DNA of 64,000 nucleotides from an uncultured Chloracidobacterium sp. (GTDB taxonomy: Bacteria > Acidobacteriota > Blastocatellia > Pyrinomonadales > Pyrinomonadaceae), in contig CAZJFB010000001.1 in NCBI GenBank assembly GCA_964545145.1, positions 27,616-91,615 of the forward strand. Reading direction: 5' to 3'. This document shows, piece by piece, positions 28,297 through 37,269 of this stretch. The position numbers and the translations under genes were made by a program. The stretch's first letter is position 1, and the number at the start of each line of letters is the position of its first letter. The notes beneath the pieces are model-generated. The model searched no databases. It was not told where the DNA came from and saw only the letters and a program-made list of their open reading frames with translations.

Positions 28297-29370
28297 ATGC
28301 TAAAGATCTCGTCACTCAAAAAGCTGGTCACTGATTCGATGGCGATCGATCTCGGTACCGCCAGCACGATCATTGCTGTTAAGGGCCGCGGTATCGTGCT
28401 TGACGAACCTTCGCTGGTCGCTATCAACGAAATGACCGACGAGATCGTCGCTTTTGGACAGGAGGCCGCCGATATGACAGGTCGCGAGGGACGCGACGTC
28501 ATGGTCAAAGCACCTCTCATCGGCGGTGTCGTCGCTGATTTTGAACGTACCAAGCGAATGCTCGCTCATTTCGTCAAGAAGGCGAAGACCGGTGGATCGA
28601 ACATCTCGATACAAGCTGTGATGAGCATGGTGTCGGACGTGACGCATGTCGAGCAGCGAGCGCTGCTCAACGCGGCCGACGATGCCGGAATCGGAAAGGT
28701 CTTTATGATGGAGGAAGGCCTTGCGGCAGCATTTGGTGCGGGCGTCCTGCCGACTGACAAGCGTGCCTCTGCCATCGTGGACATCGGTGCCGGCACGACC
28801 AACATCGCTATCGTCGCTAAGGGCACTATTGTCCACTCGACTTCTGAGCGGTACGGCAGCAACGCGATCAACGAGAGCCTTGCGACACATCTTCGCCGCC
28901 ATCGCGGGCTGCAGGTCGGTGAAGAGACGACCGAGATGCTCAAGACGACCTTCTCTTCCACATTCCTGCCGGACGATCTGGAAAAATCGATCGAGGTCCG
29001 CGGCCGCGACGTTCAGACCGGCAGCCCTGGTGCGGTCGAGATCACGGCGGGCGAGGTTTATCCGATCGTCGAGGGCATCGTCCGGCGTATCGCGATCCGC
29101 ATAAAGGATACCCTGACAGAACTTCGCCCCGAGGTCGCTGCAGACATATACGACCGCGGTGTCATCGTGACCGGCGGTGGTGCTCTGCTCGAGGGAATCG
29201 ATCAATATCTTCGCTCATTCATCAATCTGCCCGTCACAATATCGGACGAGCCGAGATATGCGACCGTCAACGGGCTCATTAAGATGTTCGATGACCAAAA
29301 GCTACTCGAGCGGGTCGCACGTAACGAGCTTAGCATTCTCCAGAATGCCGAGATCCCGTTCGAGGTTTAG
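28297..29370 (+). CDS. MreB-family actin-like ATPase (paralogue; no mreCD downstream)
   Basis: Blocks IDLGTASTIIAVKG, VDIGAGTTNIAIV and VIVTGGGALLEGIDQYL. N-terminal amphipathic MLKISSLKKLV. Confidence 0.8.
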   Translation: MLKISSLKKLVTDSMAIDLGTASTIIAVKGRGIVLDEPSLVAINEMTDEIVAFGQEAADMTGREGRDVMVKAPLIGGVVADFERTKRMLAHFVKKAKTGGSNISIQAVMSMVSDVTHVEQRALLNAADDAGIGKVFMMEEGLAAAFGAGVLPTDKRASAIVDIGAGTTNIAIVAKGTIVHSTSERYGSNAINESLATHLRRHRGLQVGEETTEMLKTTFSSTFLPDDLEKSIEVRGRDVQTGSPGAVEITAGEVYPIVEGIVRRIAIRIKDTLTELRPEVAADIYDRGVIVTGGGALLEGIDQYLRSFINLPVTISDEPRYATVNGLIKMFDDQKLLERVARNELSILQNAEIPFEV

Positions 29371-29494
29371 CGATCGGCAACACCTGCTTTCCATTCATTT
29401 TCCATATCTCTTTCGCCGCCTTTCCTTTTGCGATCTAAAAAGGAATTGGCATCGGATTTTCTTGTGATATTCTAGGACAGCCGAAAGTAGAGCT

Positions 29495-30331
29495 ATGGAG
29501 TTTAACGACTTGTTACCGGCTTTGACGACCCTGCGAAATGTCGTTGACATCGCGCTCGTCTTCATTATCGTGTACGTCGTCCTCAAGCTCTTTCGCGGCA
29601 CCCGTGCCGTGCCGACGCTGGTCGGAATGGTCATACTCGCACTGCTCTACTGGCTCGCCGTCACGCAGGAACTTTCGACCCTTGAGTTTGTCCTTCGATA
29701 CGCGGTCGGCTTCATCGGCATCGCTATCATCGTTCTTTTCCAGTCAGAGATCCGACAGGCTCTGATCTACTTTGCTAACCGATTCCGGTTTCCGATCCTG
29801 CGAAAACAGCGAGGCCAATTTGGCGGCAGTGTCTATGATGAGATCGTGCTGGCCGTCACGACTCTGGCCACCGAAAAGACCGGTGCGCTTATCGTCATCG
29901 AGCGGAATGTCGGCCTGCGAAATTTCATCGACGCCGGCGTGCAGCTCGACGCCCGGATCAGCTACGACCTTCTTGTATCGATATTTCACCCTGAAACGCC
30001 GCTCCACGACGGTGCGATCGTCATACAGAACGAACGTATCGCCGCGGCGTCGGTCTTTTTGCCGCTGACCAAGAATCCCGAGGTATCGCGTGAACTGGGC
30101 ACACGCCATCGTGCGGCCATAGGCATTACGGAGGGATCTGACGCGATCTCGCTCGTCGTCTCTGAGGAGACGGGCCTGATCACCTATGTCGAGGCCGGGC
30201 AGGTTCGGCGTAATATCGAGACGACCCAGCTTCGCAAGCTGCTCCTCGAGGCGCTCGAGATACCGCTTGTCGATACGCGCCGAGAGAAGAAATTCGCCGC
30301 CGATAACACCGAGGGGCCTGAGATAGTCTGA
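29495..30331 (+). CDS. cdaA: diadenylate cyclase CdaA (DisA_N/DAC domain, three N-terminal TM helices)
   Basis: DAC blocks TGALIVIER, LHDGAIVI and TRHRAAIGITEGSDAISLVVSEETG. Confidence 0.9.
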   Translation: MEFNDLLPALTTLRNVVDIALVFIIVYVVLKLFRGTRAVPTLVGMVILALLYWLAVTQELSTLEFVLRYAVGFIGIAIIVLFQSEIRQALIYFANRFRFPILRKQRGQFGGSVYDEIVLAVTTLATEKTGALIVIERNVGLRNFIDAGVQLDARISYDLLVSIFHPETPLHDGAIVIQNERIAAASVFLPLTKNPEVSRELGTRHRAAIGITEGSDAISLVVSEETGLITYVEAGQVRRNIETTQLRKLLLEALEIPLVDTRREKKFAADNTEGPEIV

Positions 30332-30336
30332 TCGCA

Positions 30337-31230
30337 ATGGCCGATAAATTCCTGGTAAAACAAATACTGCGAAAGATCTTTTTAGAAGATTGGGCCCTCA
30401 AGCTGCTCGCTCTGGTGATCACCTTCGCGCTGTGGCTAGGTGTCACGGGCCTTAGCACGCCGACGACCAAGCGCCTGACCGTTCCACTGAATCTCGATAT
30501 TTCAAGCAACGCTCAGGTGACCAACATTCCTCAGCAGGAAGTCGAGATCGAGATCAGCGGCGACAAGCGAAAGATCGAGCAGATCCGCGGCAGCGATCTG
30601 GTCGCGTCGCGCGACCTGACTGACATGCGGCCCGGGGAATGGGTCGTCACGCTCTCGCCGGACACCGTATTCGTCCCGCTGCCACAGGGCGTAAAGCTCG
30701 CCGATGTCGTTCCCGGCCGAATTGCCGTAAATATAGAGGCGGTCGAGGAACGCGAGGTCGAGGTAAGGGCTGAGACGTCGGGTACGCCCGCTGCCGGCTC
30801 TGAGGTCTATGCTGCCTCGGCATTGCCGCCGAAGATAAGGGTGCGCGGCCCCGCCAGTGTGATGAGGTCGCTGGATTTTGTTCGGACTGACAAGATCGAT
30901 ATCGCAGGGAAGAAATCAGATTTCACGGCCCGTCAGATCGCGGTCGTCTCGCCGGACACCAAGGCGGCGGTGCTCAATACGGTCGTTGACGTCTTTCTCC
31001 GCATCGGCGAAAAGCGCGTCGAACGTGCGTTTTCGATACCCGTGACAAATGCCGCGGGCAAGACCGCCTCGTTTGTCCTCTATGCGCCAAAGACCTTGAT
31101 CGCCAAGCTGCGCTCCGACGACCTGAAGGTCGAAATGGTTCTCGGCGAATCGGGCGAAGAAGAGCCGCAGGTCGTGCTGCCGCCAGAACTGCAGGACCTC
31201 GCCGAAGTCAGACGGCTAAAGATGAATTAG
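30337..31230 (+). CDS. cdaR: YbbR-domain protein, CdaA regulator-like
   Basis: Single N-terminal TM segment followed by repeated YbbR-like beta modules. Sits immediately downstream of cdaA (5-nt gap). Confidence 0.8.
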   Translation: MADKFLVKQILRKIFLEDWALKLLALVITFALWLGVTGLSTPTTKRLTVPLNLDISSNAQVTNIPQQEVEIEISGDKRKIEQIRGSDLVASRDLTDMRPGEWVVTLSPDTVFVPLPQGVKLADVVPGRIAVNIEAVEEREVEVRAETSGTPAAGSEVYAASALPPKIRVRGPASVMRSLDFVRTDKIDIAGKKSDFTARQIAVVSPDTKAAVLNTVVDVFLRIGEKRVERAFSIPVTNAAGKTASFVLYAPKTLIAKLRSDDLKVEMVLGESGEEEPQVVLPPELQDLAEVRRLKMN

Positions 31231-31913
31231 CCGGCCGCTGCAGCAAGGAACGCTCGAATGTCTGCTCGCATCTCGTCGGTGATCTCGTGTTTGGCGGTGT
31301 AGTGATTCGAACGATAATTTGGCAGCATCGCCGCCAACCTCTCATTAAATTTGGCAAACTGTTCCTGCGTATAAAACTCGTCGTCGTCCCCAAATAAGTA
31401 AAAAGTGTCAGCCGTAAAGGGCGTGTAATTCTCATTAGTGTCGAGGTCGCCCGGGATGCCGCCGCAGACGCCGATGATCCCTTTGAGCACATCGGTGTGC
31501 GTGAACGCAAACCTGAAATTGAGCGCGCACGCCTGCGAAAATCCATACATAAATACCTGCCCGCGATCGATCAACCCGTCAGAGTCCAGTTTATCTATGA
31601 CGTCGAGCACAAACTTGTGGTGCAGCCGCACCTGCTCTTCGGGCCGCCGGTCAGACAGCCAGCCATAGCCGATACGATAACCGTCATCCGTTCGGCGGTA
31701 ATGCGGGTGAGGAGCTTCGATCGATGCGATCACAAATCGGTCGCCCGCGACCAGCTTTGCCTCGCGCATCATGTATCGCTTGTGAGCACCGTAACCGTGC
31801 ACGGCGATCAGCAGTGGAGCCGGTGTCGAGAGGCCCGCGGGCACATAAAGATCGTAATAGAGGCTGATCTCGGCGGTGACGCTGAGGTCGACCTGAGTAT
31901 TATCAGAGGACAT
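31227..31913 (-). CDS. alpha/beta hydrolase (phospholipase/carboxylesterase-type esterase)
   Basis: Nucleophile elbow GFSQAC, acidic and His residues near the C-terminus (DDDEF...AKHEI). 228 aa. Confidence 0.7.
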   Translation of the reverse strand: MSSDNTQVDLSVTAEISLYYDLYVPAGLSTPAPLLIAVHGYGAHKRYMMREAKLVAGDRFVIASIEAPHPHYRRTDDGYRIGYGWLSDRRPEEQVRLHHKFVLDVIDKLDSDGLIDRGQVFMYGFSQACALNFRFAFTHTDVLKGIIGVCGGIPGDLDTNENYTPFTADTFYLFGDDDEFYTQEQFAKFNERLAAMLPNYRSNHYTAKHEITDEMRADIRAFLAAAAG

Positions 31914-31920
31914 AGTTCTT

Positions 31921-32457
31921 TCATTTCTTGACGCGGTACAGGACGTAAACGCAGCCGTTCTTCATCGCCTTGCATTCGAGCAGCTCGAGGTCGATCTGCC
32001 GCGACATCTCATAAAATAGCGGAACGCCCGAACCAAGCAACACGGGATGAATATTGAAACCGATCTCGTCGATGACGCCGGCCTCAAGCAGCGTGCGGGC
32101 AAGGTTGCCGCCGCCCATCACGCAGATATCTTTGCCTTCCTGCTGTTTCAGTTGGCGGACAAACTCGCCCGGGTCCGTCGGCACGACCTCGGCGCCGCCG
32201 GGTTGCTTACCCTCGGGCAGCGTCCGCGAGAACACATACGTCCGCATTCCGCTGTCGTCGGCCGGCGGTGGCTGGCTTGCGATCGCAGCCTCGTATGTCC
32301 TTCGGCCCATGATCACGCAATCGACCTTTGGCCAAAAGTCGTTCATCAACTCCATCGCCTCGTCGCTCCAAAGCAGCCAGTCCATACCGCCATCGGCGCG
32401 GGCAAAATAATTATCGAGGCTGTTGGCCCCGCCGAATGTCACTTTGCGCATATTCAA
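31921..32457 (-). CDS. dihydrofolate reductase-like protein (RibD C-terminal domain family)
   Basis: Blocks MRKVTFGGANSLDNYFA...DCVIMGRRTYE...ICVMGGGNLA are typical of the RibD_C family. Confidence 0.8.
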   Translation of the reverse strand: MNMRKVTFGGANSLDNYFARADGGMDWLLWSDEAMELMNDFWPKVDCVIMGRRTYEAAIASQPPPADDSGMRTYVFSRTLPEGKQPGGAEVVPTDPGEFVRQLKQQEGKDICVMGGGNLARTLLEAGVIDEIGFNIHPVLLGSGVPLFYEMSRQIDLELLECKAMKNGCVYVLYRVKK

Positions 32458-32570
32458 ATGCCTTCCCGGCGTTACAATAATTTAAGATTGTAGGCATTCA
32501 AAAGCTATTCTCAAACAGAACATTTTCGACGCCGCGGCGTATGATTGTCTTGATCAATTACCGGAGATAA

Positions 32571-35018
32571 ATGATGGCCAACCGTACCTCGAGATACTTA
32601 TTCTCGCTTCTTCTTGTCCTGTCTTTCATTACTGCGTCGCTGCCGACGGTCGCGCACGCCCAGGCCGGCACGGCCGCTGCCGCATCGAGCGGTTACGAAA
32701 AAGCCCTTGCCGAGATCGAGGCAAAGGTCGATGCACGCCGCAAGGAACTCGGCATTCCGGGCATTTCGCTCGTGATCGTCAAGGACGACAAACCGATCTA
32801 TATGAAAGGCCTCGGCTACAAGGACTTTGAGAATAAGGTCGCGGTCACGGCCGATACGCAATTTGCGATCGGCTCGGCTACCAAAGCGTTCACCGCTCTC
32901 TCAGTCCTGATGACCGCCGACGAAGGCAAGCTCTCGCTCGACGACAGTCCCAAAAAGCTGCTGCCGTACTTCAGGATGTACGACCCCGACACCGACAAGA
33001 ACATCACGATCCGCGACCTGATGTGCCATTCGTCGGGGCTCAACCGCACCGACCTCGCGATGATCACGGGCAGGCTCAGCCGCGCCGAGTTGATCCAGGT
33101 CGCCGCACAGTCAAAGCCGACTGCAAAGCTCCGCGAGAAATTCCAATATCAAAACATCATGTTTGCCGCCGCGGGCGAGCTCGTTACGCAGGCGCAAAAA
33201 CAGCCGTGGGAGAGGTTCGTGCCCGAGCGGATCTTCAAGCCGCTCGGTATGACGAACAGCACGATGTCCATCAGCCAGATGGAAAAGGCAAAGGATTTCT
33301 CTTTCGGCTATGAATACAACTTCGACACAAAAGAGACGATAAAGAAGCCGTTTCGCGAGATCGACCAGGTCGCTCCCGCCGGGTCGATAAATTCGAGTGC
33401 GCGTGACATGGCAGAGTGGCTAAGGTTCGTACTCAACGGCGGCACGGCCGGCGGCAAGCGGCTCGTCAGCGAAAAGAGCTACGCCGAGTGGCTCAAACCG
33501 CAGATGAAGATGAACCCGACGGGCACCGCAAACTATGCTCTCGGTTGGATGCTCGGCCCGTGGAACGGCCTGACCGTCGTCCAGCACGGCGGCAACATCG
33601 ACGGCTTTAATTCGCTCGTCGCGATGATCCCCGAGAAGAAACTCGGTTTCGTGCTGCTTACGAATGTCTCCGGTTCGAGTCTCGGCAACGACTTGATGCC
33701 CATTGTGTGGTCAAACCTGATCCCCGAGGCCGTTCCCTCGGCGGCAAGACCGGCGGCCGGCACGGGTTCGCCCGAGAGCGAGGCCGGCAAGTATCGTTTT
33801 GAGGCGGCAGGATTTGATATAGACATCGCCTGGAAGGACGGCAAGCTGGTCGCGACCGTCCCCGGACAGCCGCAATATGTTCTTGAGAATGTCGGCGGCC
33901 GCAAGTATAAGCTCACCGGTGCTCCGGACGGCTTCTTTATGACCTTTAAGGGCAACGAGCTTTTCCTCGAACAGCCGCAGGGCGATTACACGCTGCCGCG
34001 CGTCGGCAATGACGGCAAGCCCGCATCGTCCGGCGGCTCAGCCGCAGCCGCTCCGTCAGGTGCCGCAAAGGACCTCGTCGGTACGTATCTCACGCCAGCC
34101 GGCATCGCCGCGATCGAGATCAAGGAATCGGGCGGCAAGGTCACATTCAATATCACGGGCCAGCAGCCGTACGAGCTCAGGCCGCGCCCCGAAGGCGGGT
34201 TTCTGCTCTCGCCGCTGCCCGAGTCTTACTGGCTCAGGCCCAAGCTCGACGCCGCGGGCAAGCTCACCAGCGTCGTCGTCACACAGCCCGAGGGCGAATT
34301 CGAGTTCAAGCGTTCGTCCGGTACCGAGGCGGCAACTTATCCCTCGATCGACGAACTCTACAAGAAGGCGATCGACGCGATCGGCGGCGAGGCCGCGTGG
34401 CGCAAGCTAACTAGCCGTGTGACCGAGGCCGACGTCGATCTCGAGAATCAGGGCGTAAAGGCAAAAGTCACAAGCTGGGCAAAGGCACCTGACAAGAGCG
34501 CGTCCGAGACGGTGATGACCGCGCTTAACAAAGAGATCGCCCGCGGTTGGGACTACTTTGACGGCACCGGCGGCGAACAGATATACAGCTTTGCACCCGC
34601 TGACAAATTCACCGGCAAACGCCTCGACGACGCCCGGCTCGGCGCCGACTTTTACGCTCCGCTCGACTGGTCAGCCAAGTACAAGCGGGTTGCCGTCACC
34701 GGCATTACGAAGATCGACGGCGAGGATGCCTACGTGGTCGATTTTGAGCCAAAGGCCGGCTCGGCATTCAAGGAATACTATTCGACCAAGACGTTCCTGG
34801 TGCTCCGACGCGACGCAGTGGAATCATCGAGCACAAGCTCGGTGCAGATACCGTACACCGTTACCTTCAGCGACTACCGCGAGATCGACGGCATAAAACT
34901 GCCGTACAAAACGGTCACCAACTCGATCTCGAACGGCAACATCGTCACGGTCCTGACATCGGTTAAACACAACGTACCCGTCGATGACAAGACCTTCGCC
35001 CCGCGCAAGGTGAAGTAA
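32571..35018 (+). CDS. secreted serine hydrolase, class C beta-lactamase/PBP-like, with long C-terminal extension
   Basis: Signal peptide, SxxK motif (IGSATKAF), YxN-like region, and about 400 aa of extra C-terminal beta-rich sequence. Confidence 0.8.
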   Translation: MMANRTSRYLFSLLLVLSFITASLPTVAHAQAGTAAAASSGYEKALAEIEAKVDARRKELGIPGISLVIVKDDKPIYMKGLGYKDFENKVAVTADTQFAIGSATKAFTALSVLMTADEGKLSLDDSPKKLLPYFRMYDPDTDKNITIRDLMCHSSGLNRTDLAMITGRLSRAELIQVAAQSKPTAKLREKFQYQNIMFAAAGELVTQAQKQPWERFVPERIFKPLGMTNSTMSISQMEKAKDFSFGYEYNFDTKETIKKPFREIDQVAPAGSINSSARDMAEWLRFVLNGGTAGGKRLVSEKSYAEWLKPQMKMNPTGTANYALGWMLGPWNGLTVVQHGGNIDGFNSLVAMIPEKKLGFVLLTNVSGSSLGNDLMPIVWSNLIPEAVPSAARPAAGTGSPESEAGKYRFEAAGFDIDIAWKDGKLVATVPGQPQYVLENVGGRKYKLTGAPDGFFMTFKGNELFLEQPQGDYTLPRVGNDGKPASSGGSAAAAPSGAAKDLVGTYLTPAGIAAIEIKESGGKVTFNITGQQPYELRPRPEGGFLLSPLPESYWLRPKLDAAGKLTSVVVTQPEGEFEFKRSSGTEAATYPSIDELYKKAIDAIGGEAAWRKLTSRVTEADVDLENQGVKAKVTSWAKAPDKSASETVMTALNKEIARGWDYFDGTGGEQIYSFAPADKFTGKRLDDARLGADFYAPLDWSAKYKRVAVTGITKIDGEDAYVVDFEPKAGSAFKEYYSTKTFLVLRRDAVESSSTSSVQIPYTVTFSDYREIDGIKLPYKTVTNSISNGNIVTVLTSVKHNVPVDDKTFAPRKVK

Positions 35019-35219
35019 CGGAACGCGGACACTCTTTTCCGCATCGCCGGTTCCTCCGGAGAGACCCCCGGTTTCGGGAAACCGACCGTCGGACCGGAGG
35101 CAGCTTGTCTGCGTCTCGCCGCTTACATAAAATGCAGCCCTTTGCCAACGACTTCACGCCGAGTATCTGGGTTAAGCCCGGTCGATCTGTATCAAAGACT
35201 GACCATTCGATAGGCGACC

Positions 35220-37157
35220 TTACGGTAACGTCCCAAAGTGAGCTCGAAGGCTAAGTTCGAGCCAGTTCAATTCACTCGGTGCAATGCCCTTAAGGATGCC
35301 GTAGTGCCGGAACGCTCCTTCTCTGTTTCCAATCCGAATATAAAGCCAAGCCAGTCTGAAATTGGGTCTGCGGTCGCCAGGTGCGATCTGAAAGGCCGCT
35401 TGAAACTCTTTCATCGACTCGTCACGTCGGCCCCTTGTTCCCAACAACTCGCCGAGCTCAATACGTGCCTCGAGCGAATCCTCCTTTAACTCGACTGCTC
35501 GCCTGCCTGCTTCAATCGCCTCGTCGAGGCGGCCCAATCGCGCAAGTTCCCTTGAGAGCCAGAGATAATAGACGTGGTTTGGGTTGATCGCGATCGCTTT
35601 ACGAACGGCGTTGATCTCTTTTTCTTTCTGACCGGTTTCCGAATAGAAACCTGCTAATTCAGCCCAGTTTCTGTAGTCATTTGGAGCAAGTCCTACCACC
35701 TCCAAATACAGCTTTTCGGCCTCTGCGGGCAGACCCTTGAACATATAGATCTGCGCCAGATTGAGTCTCACGTTAACGTAACTGGGATTGTTCCTAGCCA
35801 ACTCCAGATACTCGTCAAATTTCGCTATCAACTGATCGCGATTCTTCAGAAAGGAGAAGTCCATCTTTATGTTCGGCGGAAGCGGCGAAAGCTGATTCGC
35901 TCGCTCATAGAGAACTACTCCCTCATCGTAACGACGAACCTTGAGATACGCCGTAGCCAGAGCCCTCATTATGTCAGGATCGTTGGGTTGCATGCGGTTA
36001 GCAAATTCAAGGGGTTCGATCGCCTCAGAAGGTGACTCGATCTCCAGCAGCGCGTCCCCGAGTGAATAAGCTAGAGCAGATGTACGCGGAAGTTGTCGGT
36101 AGGCTATCAAAAGGTGTCTCAGGGCATTCTCCTTATCACCCAGAATCAAATAGGTTTCCCCGAGAATACTTGCGGCGTGCCCTGAATTTGGATCAAGGGC
36201 CACCGCTTTGTTAACCGCCTCTATCGATTCTTCAAAATACCCTGTTGACTGCAGTTTTTGTGCGAGATTTATGTGGGAATGGATCGATTTCGGTTCAAGC
36301 TCTACAAACCGCCTTGCGGCCGTGATCGAGTCATTCGGCCGATCGAGGTAATCATAAACTTGTGAGAGACGAAGCTGAGTCAGACTTATCGACGGCCATC
36401 TGGTGGCGATCTTTTCATAGACGCTTGCTGCAAGGAAGTACTCTCCACTCAGGAAATATCCATCGCCCAGCAGCCCAATTGAAACGAGATCGTCCTGCGA
36501 TGCGCCGAGCATCTCTATCGCCGCGACTGTCTGGTCGGTGATCAGGTACAGACGTGCCAGCTCATGCTTAAAGGCAAGGCGTGTCGGGGCGAGCCGAACC
36601 GCCTCACGGCACTCGTCTATCGCCTCGATTCGTTTCGACGTCTCAGCCAGGACCTGGCACAGCCCCATACGGGCCTCAGCACTACGCGGGTTCAGCTTTG
36701 TCGCCTTCTGAAACGCACTGACTGCCTCGTCGTTTTTTCGCAGCATGGCAAGGGAAATGCCGAGATGATACTGTATCTCGAATTTGTCCGGAGCGGTGTT
36801 GGCCAGCTCTAGCAAGACCGGAAGCGCCAACTCCGGCTTCTTCTCCCGCAGAAATGACAGTGCCTTCTCATACTTGACCCGCAAGTTCTCTTCCGCGGTT
36901 TGTACCGCGTTCGAGATCGCATAACCGTCGGTGGGGAAGGGCCATTTCTGTTCAAGCAAGTTTTTTGGTGGATTCCTGCGGGTTATCAAGCGAGGCGGCA
37001 CCGGCTTCGGCGTACCGGTCGGACCCTGGGTTGCAGTTACTAATTTTGGCGGACCTGGAGAGGGCGTTGACAAAGGTGTCTGAGCCAAATATTGGGTTAT
37101 CGATCCAGCGGTCAGGAATATGATTAATGTCTCAATGATCGAAGAGTTTTTCATCAT
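35220..37157 (-). CDS. secreted tetratricopeptide-repeat protein
   Basis: Signal peptide, Pro-rich linker, then TPR-like repeats throughout. Confidence 0.7.
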   Translation of the reverse strand: MMKNSSIIETLIIFLTAGSITQYLAQTPLSTPSPGPPKLVTATQGPTGTPKPVPPRLITRRNPPKNLLEQKWPFPTDGYAISNAVQTAEENLRVKYEKALSFLREKKPELALPVLLELANTAPDKFEIQYHLGISLAMLRKNDEAVSAFQKATKLNPRSAEARMGLCQVLAETSKRIEAIDECREAVRLAPTRLAFKHELARLYLITDQTVAAIEMLGASQDDLVSIGLLGDGYFLSGEYFLAASVYEKIATRWPSISLTQLRLSQVYDYLDRPNDSITAARRFVELEPKSIHSHINLAQKLQSTGYFEESIEAVNKAVALDPNSGHAASILGETYLILGDKENALRHLLIAYRQLPRTSALAYSLGDALLEIESPSEAIEPLEFANRMQPNDPDIMRALATAYLKVRRYDEGVVLYERANQLSPLPPNIKMDFSFLKNRDQLIAKFDEYLELARNNPSYVNVRLNLAQIYMFKGLPAEAEKLYLEVVGLAPNDYRNWAELAGFYSETGQKEKEINAVRKAIAINPNHVYYLWLSRELARLGRLDEAIEAGRRAVELKEDSLEARIELGELLGTRGRRDESMKEFQAAFQIAPGDRRPNFRLAWLYIRIGNREGAFRHYGILKGIAPSELNWLELSLRAHFGTLP

Positions 37158-37269
37158 GTTTCGTCACCCATCTCTACTCAGAGTAGAGTTCCAATAGCTA
37201 TCGAGTTGCCTAACCATTGATGCGTTCGCGTATTACACGGATTGATCGCTTGATAGAGGTTAGGCTCTG

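Noticed and set aside
28312-29205. 297-aa minus-strand ORF opposite the MreB-like gene
   Set aside because: It is a shadow ORF of a well-supported CDS, with low-complexity Arg/Asp-rich sequence.
29446-29473. Sigma-54 promoter upstream of cdaA (TGGCAT-N5-TTTCT)
   Set aside because: The -12 element lacks the conserved GC. The same bases read equally well as a sigma70-like TTGGCA-N16-TATTCT, and neither is strong enough to annotate.
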